Assembly (NCBI RefSeq): GCF_020745735.1
Contig: NC_083450.1
Span: 10,289,883-10,353,882, forward strand
DNA: 64,000 bases
Source: Hemiscyllium ocellatum
Taxonomy: Eukaryota
Direction of reading: 5' to 3'
Part shown: positions 34,101 through 47,200 of the stretch, one piece after another
How the letters are laid out: each line of letters opens with the position of its first letter
Numbering within the stretch: the stretch's first letter is position 1
Notes under the pieces: generated by a model
What the model saw: the letters and a program-made list of their open reading frames with translations, nothing else
What the model was told of the DNA's origin: nothing
Databases searched by the model: none
Translations under genes and position numbers: made by a program

Positions 34101-36339
34101 AAGAAATTCAATTTATTAATGCTCATTTGTTAGATTGTAGCTAATAGTGAACGACAACTTTTTAAAATTGAACCTAAATGCAACATAGAACCAAAAATGC
34201 TTACAGCGTCCTTTCTTTAAAAAAAAGGTACGCATTAAGGTACTCTAAAATAAAGTTACAGATATTACAAAATGGTATGCAACAATGTTCTGAAGCATAA
34301 ATATAATCATTTTTATAATAATTTCTCTACTCAAATAAATATGATGTCTTAAAACGATGTTTAGAACCATTGCATAGATTCTATAGGTGCACTAAGTTAT
34401 CAACTCTGGAAATATGCAATGTGTTGGTTAGTTAACATTTTAGTTGATTCTAATCAAAAGTCATCGGAAAGACCGATGAATCAGCAATATTCAAATAATT
34501 CAAAATTGATATGGAAGAATATATCTCGGTAGATGTAACTAGCGTTACTTAAACACTGAAAAACAATGATGAGAGAAGTAAAATTTTTGTTAATGTTTCT
34601 AATATGCAGATTAGTAATGTGAGTTTATTGTTAAACCATTGAAGATGCCACACCCAGGGCATACAGAGGCCAGGCTAATATTCTGGGAACACATCGTGGC
34701 TTATGTTATAATGAAATCTATCATGACTGACTGGGACAGTATGCTGGAAATCAACAACAACCCCAACACCCAGTCCCGTAGTTATCACAGCAAGAAATAT
34801 TTTAGAAGAAATATTCAAATCCCCAAACTGACAGATTTTCAGACCCATGTTAAAATAATGCACCGGATGTTTTTGTACTTAATAAGAGTCGTTATTTATC
34901 ACAGGTGATTCAAATCCAGGAACTGGTAAATAGTAAACGAAAATTAAGTAAACTGACAATTTTAAAGTCAAAACACCTTTTAACAGCACCCTACCTACGC
35001 CTTCTTAGAAAGAGATGCAGACAGACGAAAACATCGAGAAAACCACATCCATGGCATGGGCAGAGAGAAAACAGACAGAACATTATGCCTGTGTTCGCTG
35101 CTGTGCTGGTTCTTGTTGTTCAATATTTTCTCCTTGCAGTTCATTTTCCTATACAGTTCCACCAGTTTGGAAGCGGCACAGAGTATCTCTGTCACTTGTT
35201 AAATGTCTGTGACATTTTCAATTCAAGGAAACACTGGTCTACTTTAGTTTTAAAGTGGCTTAATGTAGAGAACGGAGATATTGAGCTTTTGGGTAAACAC
35301 AAGCCTACTTATTACTCTGCTGATCTGGCAAACTAGCTTCTCTCTTGTTCAACTAAGTGAGAATCATTCACTTTGCTGTTGTCAGGCAGAGGCCCTTTGT
35401 AACTTTATCATTGATCTTTAGCTCACAAACAGTCCAGCTTCACTTATATCAAGCCCTTTCGGTCCAATTCATCTGTACATGCGCTGATCCAGCGGGGGCA
35501 CAAACAGACTTGAAAAATGGTAAAAATATTCCTTACTTTCAAGAACTGTGGCAATCCTTATAAATCTCTATGTATGAAAATAACTTCAGTCTACGTTTAA
35601 AGTTGCATAAGCAGTCATACTCTTTAAATATTACAATGATATTAACATAAAGTTACGAATTAAGTTAAATGCACAACAAACAGGTTGTACAGATAGGCGT
35701 GAAGACGATATTGTTTCTTCAAAGAAGTAGAAAAACAGCAGAAGAAAAGAAAACGTTCAATTTTTAACAACGTAAATTCTGTAGTATTCTATGAGCTCTT
35801 GTGCCTTTATGATATGACTCCACTTTCTCTCCATATTTAGGAGACAAATTGAAGTATCCAAATGTTAATGCACTGAGTAATATTTTCCTCCTGTTTTACT
35901 GAAGATTGCATTTTTGTCTCTTGATTTTGCCTTCTCTGATTCAAAATAGAAGATCAAAATTGCTACCAAGGAAGTTTATGGGTACCTTGTACCACTTTCA
36001 TCTTGCAACGCTTCTATCCACAAAGCTTTTCTTTTGTTCGAGCTTGTTTTTACAAAGTCATGTTATAATTTATCCATTCATCAGCTGAACGATGTCAATG
36101 AACATGGGTGGTGAGTTGCACTTTAAAGCAGGTTATAATCTCCTGTCAAGCTTTTGTGTCCAGAGTCACAATTTATGGATAACTTACGTTTTCCTACGTG
36201 ACGACTTTTTCCCTATGTTCTCTAGCACAAAGTGAAGTCATATTTAATTTTGCTGTAATTCATATAAACCCAACAATGTTCAATAAATTCGATTTGCACG
36301 CATTTTGAAATGACGTGGCATACTTACAGCACTAAATAA

Positions 36340-37950
36340 AACACAAAGATTAGAGCAGTTCCGTGTAGGAACAGGCCCTTAAGCTTATCATCTGTGCCGA
36401 CCATGATTTCATTCTAAAATGATCTCATCTATGTGCACATGGTTCACATCCAAACGTTCCCTCCCTATTCAACTATCTGTCCAAATGACTCTAAAACGTT
36501 GCTGTCAAATCTGCTTCTACCAACATCCTGGTACTGTGCTCCAGGCACCTAAAACTCTCTGCGTTAAAAAAGAAACTGACCTCGCACATCGCCTTTAAAC
36601 TTTTCTCTTTCATCTTAATTCTATCCTCCTTAGTATTTCGCATTTGAATCCTGAGGCAACGACTCCAACTATTCATCTGAACCTTAAAAAAATTCATGTA
36701 ATTAGACCAGATCATTCCACAACTTCCAAAGCTTTTGCAAATATTCCAAATTCATCCAGCCTCCCGTAAATCTGACACACTACTATATCCTTATCCAACA
36801 TTCTTATGAATCTCTTTTGCATCCTCTCCGTAAAATCAGCATTATTCCTATAGTGTGACGACTGAAATTGCACACAACACTCCAAATATGAAATATTCAA
36901 TGTTTTTACAGCTGCAATATGATTAGCCAATTTTAAAGCTCAGGTCCTGATTGATGAAGGAAATCTTGCGACACATTTTCTTTATAAATTTATGTACCTG
37001 TGTTGTTACGTTCTGGGGGCTATGTATTTGCAGATAGAATCCATGATCATATCAATATACCAAAGTGTTGTGACATTCATTGTATACTTTCCTCTTGAAT
37101 TTAATATCCCAAAGTACACAAACTGACATTTATCTGGATTAAACTCCATGTGCTATTTCTTTGCCAAATTGCCAACCATTCTATGTCCTGTGGTATCTTT
37201 TGACAATCTTCTTCACTGTCAGCAATTCTATCAAGTTTTCTGTTGTCCACAAGCCTACGAATCAGACAACACGCATTTTTATCCAAATCATTTATAACTA
37301 TTACAAACAACAGAGGTCCCAGCACAGATTCTTGTGAAACATTAACAACTAGCTGGCAATGGAAAACTAAGAATTACTAAGTTTTAAAATGGCACCGAAG
37401 TTGATGGGTTTCTCATAATCAGGATGGTCTCCATTTCAGTCTGATATTGATTGGCTAGTAAACTGGGTAGAGAAACATCAAAATAAATTTAATATCGATG
37501 AGTGTGAAATGATGCATGTTGGGAGCTGAAATCAAAGAAGGGGATTCATAATGAATAGCAGTTCCCAGAGGAGGACGGAGGAACAAAATACATGTACAAG
37601 TCGATGGACCCCTGAAGGTGCCAGCTCAGTTGACAGTTTGGTGAAGAAGGAAAAGAGGATGAGTCGAGAATAAAGGAACAAATAAGTCTTATTACAAATT
37701 TATAAGACTTTGGTAAGGGTACAGATGGAATACTGTGTACACTTCTGGTCACCACATTATCGGAAGGATAGGATTGAATTGGGGAGGGTGTAGAGGAAAT
37801 TTAACAAGATGTTGGCTGGAATGAAAAGTTTCAGCTATGAGGAGAGACTGTACTTGGTTTTCTCAGAGCAGTTGAGGTTGAGGAGTATCCCGTTGAGGAA
37901 TATGACGTTTTGAGAGGTACTGACATAGGACTTCATGAGAATCTCTTCAC
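36340..37950. mobile_element. CR1 fragments: minus ~36340-37350, plus ~37480-37950
   Basis: LGPLLFVIVINDLD, LEYCVQF(Q)SSHY and KFNIDECEMMHVG-type remnants. Confidence 0.8.
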
Positions 37951-37954
37951 AGAA

Positions 37955-38292
37955 CCATAGAATCCCTTGAGTTTAGAAATGGATCATTTGGTACATCGAG
38001 TTCACACAGACACTCGAAGATCATCCTACCCAGACCCACCCCCTTACCATTTCCTTGTAACCCTGAATTTCCCATGTCTAATGCCCCTAGACTACACATC
38101 ACTGATACAATTGGTACTTTAGCATGGCCAACATTCGTAACCATCACATCGTTGGACTTAAAGTAGAGCACCTAGATGAAACTAGCAGAAACACGAAAAA
38201 TATGCAAAGTCCGCACAGACTGTCACCCAAGGCCAGATCTGAACACATATTCAAGGAACTGTGAGGCATCAGTGCGAATCACTGAGCCACCT
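37955..38292 (-). mobile_element. Old degenerate V-SINE
   Basis: tttagcatggccaa ... atatgcaaagtccgcacagactgtcacccaagg ... ctgtgaggcatcagtgc.aatcactgagccacc. Confidence 0.65.
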
Positions 38293-39077
38293 GCTTCCCC
38301 AGGGCAGACATGTTGAACTTCAGCGGGCATAAATTTAATGCGAAGTGCAACTGCTAAGAGGAGATCTGAGAAAGGATTTTATGATTCAAAGGTAATATAG
38401 ATTGTGTCGCCTGAGAGTTTCGTCTAGGTAGATATTCTTGCATGTTTGAGAAGCATGTGAATAGGCAGAAAAATTGCCAGGGTTTAGTAGGTTATGGGTC
38501 AAATTAACGTAAATGGGATGAATGTAGTTTGGTGTTGTGAGAAAGGGTTATGAGACCCAAAGCATTAACATTGTTTTCTTTTCACAGATGCTACCAGACC
38601 TGCAGAGCTTTTCCAGAGACCTCTGTATTTGTTTCAATTTCAGGACCCGTCAGTTCATTCGGTTTCATTTATTAGGTTGGCATTTGTTGGTCCAAAAAGA
38701 TCTTTTTGTATGATGAATGACTGTGACTTCATTATCACTGGTCACAGATCTCCAGTAAGATAAAGAACAAAACTCTCCACAGCTCCAGTCTGTCAACAAT
38801 GTCTAGACAAGATTTTTTTTATTCAACTTGCCAACTTGCCATCAACACCGTTGATGTAATGTGACTTAAGCTTCCGGAACATCTGACTATAATTAATGTT
38901 ATCAAATGTTTTATTAAATTCCACGTGGATAACGTCAACTCCCTGCCCTCTTAAATCATCTGCTTGTGAAATCGAGGTGTTTAGCATCCTCGTGCCATCG
39001 ATGATGTAATGTCATAGGAAATGATGCACGAGAAATCTTAACTGGAACATTTAAATTTCAATATAAAAATCAACAGT

Positions 39078-40425
39078 ATAGAGTCATAGAGATGTACAGC
39101 AGGGAAACAGACCCTTCGGTCCAAACCGCCCATGCTGACCAGATATCCCAACCCAATCCAGTCCCAACTGCCAACACCAGCCCATATCCCTCCAAATCCT
39201 TTCTATTCATATACCCATCCAAATGCATCTTAAATGTTGCAATTGCACCAGCCTTCACCACTTCCTCTGGCAGCTCATTACATACTCGTACCACCCTCTG
39301 TGTGAATAAGCCCTCTTTGGTATCTTTACCGAAGGAAAAACAATTTATTCATGCCATCCACTCTGAGTTTACACATTTAATAACGATACTTTTTTTGTCA
39401 AATGTATTCAGGGAGATCTCAGATTTCATAAAAAGCTATCACTCAGACTGGACGCCTGTGACTCATGGAGTACCACAAGGATCGGTGCTGGATCCTCTAC
39501 TTTTTGTCATTTACATAAATGATTTGGATACGAGCGCAAGAGGTACAGTTAATAAGTTTGCAGATTACACCAAAATTGGAGGTGTAGTGGGTAGTGAAGA
39601 AGGATACCTCAGATTACAAAAGGATCTTGACCAGAAGGGCCAATGGGCTGAGACGTGGCTGATTGAGTTTATTTCACATAAATGCAAGGTGCTGCATTTT
39701 GGGAAAGCAAATGTTAGCAGGACTTAGACACTTAATGGTAAGGTCCTAGGGAGTGTTGCTGAACGAAGAGACCTTGGAGTGTAGATAAATAGCTCCTTGA
39801 AAGCGGAGTCGCAGATAGATAGGATAGTGAAGAAGACGTTTGGTATGCTTTCTTTTATTGGCCAGAGAATTGAGTACAGGAGTTGGGAGGTCATGTTGTG
39901 GCTGTACAGGACACTAGTTAAGCCACTTTTGGAATGTTTGGGCAATTCTGGCCTCCTTCCTATCGGAAAGATGTTGTGAAACTTTAAAGGGTTCAGAAAA
40001 GATTTATAACGATGTTGCCAGGTTTGGAGGATTTGAGCTATAGGGAGAAGATGAACAGGCTGAGGGGTGACCTTACAGAGGTTTAAAAATATGAGGGGCA
40101 TCGATAGGGTAAATCCCTGGGGTTGGGGAGTCCAGGACTAGAGGACATGGGTGTAGGTGAGAGGGGAAAGATATAAAAGAGATCTAAGGGGCAACTTTTC
40201 TACACAGAGGGTGTTACATATGTGGAATGAGCTGCCAGAGGAAGTGGTGGAGGCTGGTACAATTGGAACATTTAAGAGGCACTTGGATGGGTATATGTAT
40301 CGGAAGGGTTATAGGCCGGGTGCTGGCTGGTGGGACGAAATTGGGTTGGGATATCCGGTCGGCAAGGATGGGTTGGACCGAAGGGTCTGTTTCCATGCTG
40401 TACATCTCTATGATTATATGACACA
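39078..40425. mobile_element. Same-subfamily CR1 3' ends in inverted orientation (minus ~39078-39310, plus ~39430-40425)
   Basis: gtcatagagatgtacagc at 39085 versus gctgtacatctctatga at ~40397; the plus copy encodes GVPQGSVLDPLLFVIYINDLD and FADYTKIG. Confidence 0.85.
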
Positions 40426-40789
40426 GCAGAGACTGATGGTAAGAAACAGCTGAGGAGGATTCTGCGAAGTTGGTTTGCTCAACAGTGCTGAGATGGTACT
40501 GCAGATGACCAGAAGGGCGGCAGAAGGCCTACCATTCAACAGACAGCGGTAGTGAGAACAATTTGAGCCGGTTTCTTAGAGAAGTTGGCTCAGTGAAATC
40601 AATTAATGTTTGGAATGCATAGGATCCGATGCTCAACAGGAGAAATTGCATCCCATAGGCGCAGTGATGTGAAGAAACTGAGGAAGATTCTGGAAGAAGT
40701 TAGCTCCATCAATACAACAGAAAAGACAATGACGAAGGAAGTGATACACACACACGATAGGAATCATCCAATAGTGGGAGATATTGATA

Positions 40790-43230
40790 CGTCTCTGAGG
40801 AATATTCTGAAAGATGTCAGGTTGATCACCAATGTGATAATCATAGTTGATTTTAACTTAGATAGATAGGAAAAAAATCAAATTGGCAAGGGTAGCATGG
40901 AGGCATGAATGTGTTCGGGATTGTATCTTGGTGCAGTGTGTTGTGGAACCAACCAGCTACAGGCTACTCTGGATTTGGTATTCAGTGATGGGGTTGAGAT
41001 TAATTGATGACTAAATAGCTACGGATCCTGTAGGGAGTACTGACCATAGTATGACAGAATTCAAAATTCAGTGTGGGTGTGAGAACCTCGAGTCCCACAG
41101 TAGTGTTCTGGAATTAAACAAAAGAAATGTATTAAGGCATGAGGATAGATTTGACTGTAGTAGATTGAATAGGAAGGCTAAATGCTAATACAGAGGATGA
41201 GCAGTGGCAGATATTGAAGAAGCTACTCAAGTGCTCAGAACTGAAATATATCACAGGAAGAAAGAATGAGAGCGAGGTGTGTAAACATTACGCATGGCCA
41301 AACCAGGATGTCAAGGATAATATAAATTTAAAACCTAAGGTGTGCAATATTGGGAAGTCCAGTGGCAGCTTGGAAGATTGGAAAATTTTCAAACATGAAC
41401 ATAGGAATACTAAAAATAGAGCTTAGGGAACGTATGAAAGAAAAGTAGCACAAACTATCAAAAAGTATAGCTAAAGCTTCTGTCGGCATATAAAAGGAAA
41501 GAGAATCTCTAACGTGAGAGTTGGTCCCTTGGAAGATGAAACCGGAAGTTATCAGTGGGAACACTGAGGTGGCAGAGATACTGAATCAATACTTCGCCTC
41601 AGTTTTCACGATGGACGATAATAGTAACATTCCTGTTGGAACGGGCAAGCCAGACAATAGATTTGGTAGAACTTAGAACAATCAACATCGATAGGGGGAA
41701 AGCACTAAGAAAACTAATTAAATTGAGCTCCCCAGGCCTGATGGCCTACTTCCTAGCGTATTTAAAGAAGTGAGAGTGCAGACAGCAGACCCATTGATTA
41801 TATTATTACATAATTGAATACGGAAAAAAATCCAGTGGATTGGAAAATGGCTGATATACCGCCCATATTCAAAAGGGAGGGAGGCAAAATGTAGGAAACA
41901 ATAGACCAGTTAGTTTAACATCTGTTGTTAGGAGAGCGTTAGAATAAATTTTTCAGGAACCAATATCAGGATATGTGGAAAGTCAAAAATCTATCCATCA
42001 GAGTCAGCACGGTATTAGGAAAGGTAAATTATGTTTGACTAATTTGCTAGAGTTCTTCGAAGATGCAACAAGCATGGATAACGGTGATTCTGTAATGAAA
42101 TTTATCTGGACAACTGGAAGACGTTTGTTAAGATGCCACAAAAAAAATCATTTGGGATCAGGTAAATTTCTTAGCATGGATAGAAGACTGATTGATGGAC
42201 AGAAGAGAGAAAGGCCTAATAATTTTTTTTCTCTCTGGACGGCAGGATGCAACTAGTGGAGTGCTGCAGGGTTCACTCATAGAAACTCAGCTATTTATAT
42301 TCTACATGAACAAATTGGATACATTTATAAAATCTCGATAGCCGCATTTGCTGATGACACAACGATAGCCAGAACAGTAAATTGCAATGAGGAAATAACA
42401 ACCTCACATATGGATATGGTTAGGATAGGAGAGTGAGCCAAAATGTGGCAGATGGAGTTTAACATGGATAAGGGTGAAAGCATGCATTTGGATTGAAAAA
42501 TGGGAAGGCGAAATATTATCTTAATGGGAAGAGTCTTCGGGGTGCACCAGTACAGAGGAATGTAGTTGTATCCGTTCATGAGTCACAGTATACGAACATG
42601 CAAATATAGCAGACAATACCGAAGACGAAATGTGAGCTTGTGGAACGAAAAAAAATATATAAAGGTAAGGAAGCATTGTTGCAGCTATGCAAAGTGTTAG
42701 TGAGACCACAGATGGAGTATCGTGCACAGTTTTGTTCCCTTATTTGAGGTAAGATGTAATGACATTGGAGACCGTTTACAGGAGGTTCACTAGATTGATC
42801 CCAGAGATAAGGCGACTGTTGTATGAGGAGAGATTGAACAGTTTCGGCTCATACTCTCTGGAATTTAGAAGAATGAGAGGAGATTGAGGCATTCAAGTGA
42901 TGAAAGGTATAGATAAAATAGACGTGGTGTGAATCCTTCCTCTTGTGGGGAATTCTGGGACGAGAAGTCATGGGATAAAGGGAAGCAAATTTAAACTGTA
43001 TTGAGAAAAAACTACTTCTCCCAAAGGGTTGTGAATCTGTGGAATTCGTTACCCCAAAAGTGCAGTTGATGCTGAGACAGTAAATAAATTTAAGGAGGAT
43101 CTACATCGACTTTTAATTGGTAATGCATATAGAGTGAAGGCAGGAAATTGGGAGTGAGGAACGTTTCAGTCATGACCGAATGGCAGAACAGACTCAATGG
43201 ACTGAATAGCCTAATTCGGTTCCTATATGT
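40790..43230 (+). mobile_element. CR1 LINE ORF2 (endonuclease-RT-3' end), decayed
   Basis: Endonuclease remnants (DFNL, VVEPT...LDLVF, STDH), RT (KLCLTNLLEFFE, FADD, WQMEFN) and a CR1 3' tail. Confidence 0.85.
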
Positions 43231-44249
43231 TAAGAACTTATGAACATATGAATTGAGAAGCTGGTCGCAGCGGTATGACCAGCTGATAGATGGAAGAGCA
43301 TCCAGCAAAGGGCAAGAGTTAAAATTGACTGAGAAAGATTGGAGATAGCTTGTGGTGTCATGAGGATTTGGGGAGAACCTGAATTATTCAGCACAATTGA
43401 AGAGTGATAACAGAGGATGTGGTGCTCAAATGAAAGACATTCAACAGAGACCGATATTGTGAAATCACCAAGACGAGCTCAGAGTGAAGTCAGCTTACTC
43501 ACCACAACTGAATAACTGAATGGGAATTGCAGAGAATCCAGTGAGCAGCAGGATGCAATCAATCAACCAAAGATAACTTGTGAAATGACTGACGAGGATT
43601 CTCAAAGACGGCTGTTTGCTCACACGTCTGCGGAGGGAATGATAGAAGGCGCAGTGATGAAGAGAAGGAACAGCACCCAACAGAGGATGGTAGAAATGTA
43701 ATTGGAGAGGATTCTGGAAGAAATTACCTCTCTGACCACAACTGAGGAGAGTTTCACAGGGCGTCTGATGCTTGGTTGGAGAAAGTGAATCAAACAGAGA
43801 CCGATGGTGTGGAGGGACTGAAGTAGACACTGGATGATCCCGGCTCAATGAACGTAGCTGAGATAAAGATCGTTGAGGACCACTTGCTGAAAACAGAAAG
43901 AGCATCGAACACAGTGCAGTAGAAAGAAGTAATTCAAGAGGATTACAAGAGTGGTCAACTCGTTTACTGCAACTGTAAAGGAAATTTGATCGGACCCAGT
44001 ACTGCACAGGAAGAACATCCAACATAGGGCAGTAATGAGATATGACTGAGGACGATTTTGGAAGAAGTAAGCTCTAAGAAGGCTACTCAACAGGAACATT
44101 CACCAGACGATTCTCATTTTAAATACCTTAGGAGGAGTCTGCCAAATATCAGCTTTCATACCACAGCAAAGTAACTGGTAAGGCTTTGGCTCGTGAGACT
44201 TTGCAGAGCAGTGGTTCAGTAAAAAATACAGTTAAGCTCAGGTAAAGTC

Positions 44250-47200
44250 ATTTTTTTTGATTTTATGCTTTAGTCTGACAGCAATTGAGATGGCAATTAT
44301 GGCAGTCACATGTTCCTCTCGCAGGATATGGGAGTTTAAGGTTTTTGCCATCTTTCCTGATGACTACACGTGTGAGAAGTGCACGCAGCTACAGCTCCTG
44401 GGAGACCGTGTTAAGATTTGGATTTACTCAGGATCATCTGAGATGCCAAGCTCTTCAGAGATGTGTTTTAGTGAGGTGGTAAAACCTAAGCTGCGGGCAG
44501 GGAGTAGCAGGGTGAGCACTATGGAAGGCAAAGGGAGAAAACAGATAGTGCTCATATCCCATGTGGCCATTCCCCTGAAAAACAAATTTACCGTTTTGGA
44601 TACTGTTGAGGGGATAAGTGTTCAGGGGAATGCAGAAGCAGTCAATCGGTGGCACTGATTGGCTCTGGGGCACAGCAGCAAAGGTAAAGTTAAACAGGGC
44701 CTTAGTGACAGGAGACACGATAGTTATGAGGGTTGACTGGAATCCAAGATGGTGTGTCGCCTCCCTGGTGCCAGGGTCCAGGATGTCTCAGAACGGCTGC
44801 AGAACGTTTTCAAGAAGAAAGGTGAGCAGCCAGAAGACATTGCACACGTTGGCAGAAATTACTTAGTTAGAAATAGGGATGAGGTCCTGCGAAGTGATGA
44901 TAAAGAACGAGGACAAAAGTTCAAAACCAGGACCTCGTTGCTGGTAGTATCTGGATTACTTCCAGTGCCACATGCTAGTGAGGGTAAAACAGGAGGAAAT
45001 TGCAGATGAATGCGTGGTTAAAGAATTGATACACAGGAGAGGGATTCGGATCATTTGATCACTAGGATTTTTTCTGGGTCAGAGGTGACATGTGCAAGAG
45101 GGACAAAACGGAACCACAGGTTTAAGTTGGGGCAAGGCGAATTTTGATGGAACTAGACAGGAGCTTGGAGGGGTTATTTGGAGTATTTGAATTGCAGGCA
45201 AGGTGACCTCTGGCAAGTCGGAGACCTTTGAAAGTGAGATAGCTAGAGTTCAAGTTCTGTATTTCCTGTGTGGATGAACGGCAAGATTGGCAGGAATAGG
45301 GAACCGTAGATGACAAGAGATGTTGAAGCTTTGACCAGAAAACAGAAGGAAGCATGGCTCAGCTCCAGGTAGCTGAAAATGTGTTGCTGGAAAAGCGCAG
45401 CAGGTCAGGCAACATCCAAGGAACAGGAGAATCGACGTTTCGGGCATAAGTCTAATCCTGGCACCATGGATCAACGGAATCTCTTCTGCTACATATGGCA
45501 AACAGGAGTTTATTGAAGAAGGAAATCAGGAGGGCGAAAAAGTACCATGAGATAAACTTGACTTCGAAAATTATGGTGAATCCAAAGAGGTTCTTTAAGT
45601 ATATTAAAGAAAGAAAAGAATAATTAGAAAGAGATTAGGATGACGTATGTGTAGAACTGCAGGAGAAGGGTAAACATCTGAATTAACCTTTCTCCTCTGT
45701 GTTTACCGTGGAGAATGATAAGTAGACATCGGGTGTTGTGGAAATTATTGATAATGTCTTGGGGGCAGTCCATACCACAGTAGAGGAGATGTTAGAATGT
45801 ATGAAAGTGAAAAAATCTCCTGGTCCCGATAGTTATGTCCAAGAACAATGCAAGAAGCGAGAGAAGAAATTGCACGGGCTCTGTCTGATATTTTTGCATG
45901 CTTGAAGCCACGGGTGAGTTCCTGGAAGACTGGAGAGTAATGCCTATTGTGACCTAATTCAAGAACGGCTGCAAAGTATCTTTAGTCCGACTAGGGAAGG
46001 TGCTATTTTGATGAAGTGATCAGGAAGGTTGACGAGGGCAGGGCGATAGATGTTCTCTTTGTAGATGTCAGTAAGGCTTTTGCTAAGTTTCCACATTGCC
46101 TGCTCTGGAGGGTCAGATCGCATGGAATCCATGGGGACCTGGCCAGTTGGATATACAATTGGCTTGATGGGAGCAAGCAGAGGTTAAAATATAGTGGTAA
46201 GACGCTTGTCAGACTAGATTCCCGTGACTAATGGAGTATCTCAGGGGTCCGTGCTGGGCCCATTAGTGTTTGTTATCTGGATCAATGGTTTCAATGAGAA
46301 TGTAAAAGGCATGATTAGTAGGTTTGCAGATGATACTTAAATAGGAATTTTCGCAGACGGTGCCTAAGGTTATCGAATATTTCAGCAGGAACGTTTTCAG
46401 CTGGGGAATTGGGTCGAGAAATGGCAAATGGAGTTTAATATAGATAAGTGTGATGTGTTGCATTTTTGAAAATCAAAGCAAGGTTGGAATCTCATGGTGA
46501 ATCGCAGGTCCTTAAAGAGTATCATAGAACAGAGGGACCTTGGAATTCAGGTGCATAATTCTCTGGAATTGGAGTCACAGGTCGACAAGGCAGTGAAGAA
46601 GGCTTTTGGCACAATGGACGTTATCAGCCAGGGCATTGGCTATAGAGGTTTTGAAGCTGTGTTGTAGTTGTTCAGTAGTCTATACTTGAACCAAACTGGA
46701 ACTAATGTCCTTGGGGGAGTTTTCTACTACTGCTGTTGGGGAAGTTTAAAGCTAATATGGCAGAGGCTGGGAACTAGAAGAGAAGACTACTAGTTAGTGA
46801 GGCGGAAACTGGAGACTGTATGGATCACAAAGTTAGGATGACCGAGGGGAAGAGTTGGCAAGGAGCAGATGAAAGCTGAAGAGCTGGCGGCCTGAATTGC
46901 ATATACATTAATGCAAGGAATATAGTGGGTTAGGCAGATGAACTTGGGGCATGGATTGGTACCTGGGAGTATGACGTTATTGCGAACACAGAGATTTGGT
47001 TGATGGAAGACCATGATTGACAACTAAATGTTCCAGTATATAAATGCCTCAGACAGGACAGGGAGGGAAGTAGACGTTCGGAGGGGGCGAGGAGTTACAT
47101 TGCTGCTCAGGGATAATATCAAGACTGTGGCAAAGGAGGACACTATAGAGGGTTTGAGTAGTGAGGTGTTATGGGTGGCACTGAGAAATAAGAAGGGTGC

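Noticed and set aside
35109-35196. Plus-strand J-like string FGSGTE(+1)ISVT (35166-35196) with a nonamer-like GGTTCTTGT upstream
   Set aside because: It needs a frameshift, has no heptamer at 12 or 23 spacing, no good donor, and no V-like sequence upstream.
39092-39727. Longest ORF in the track (211 aa)
   Set aside because: A chance fusion of an antisense CR1 tail and a sense CR1 RT fragment (GVPQGS, FADY); not a host gene.
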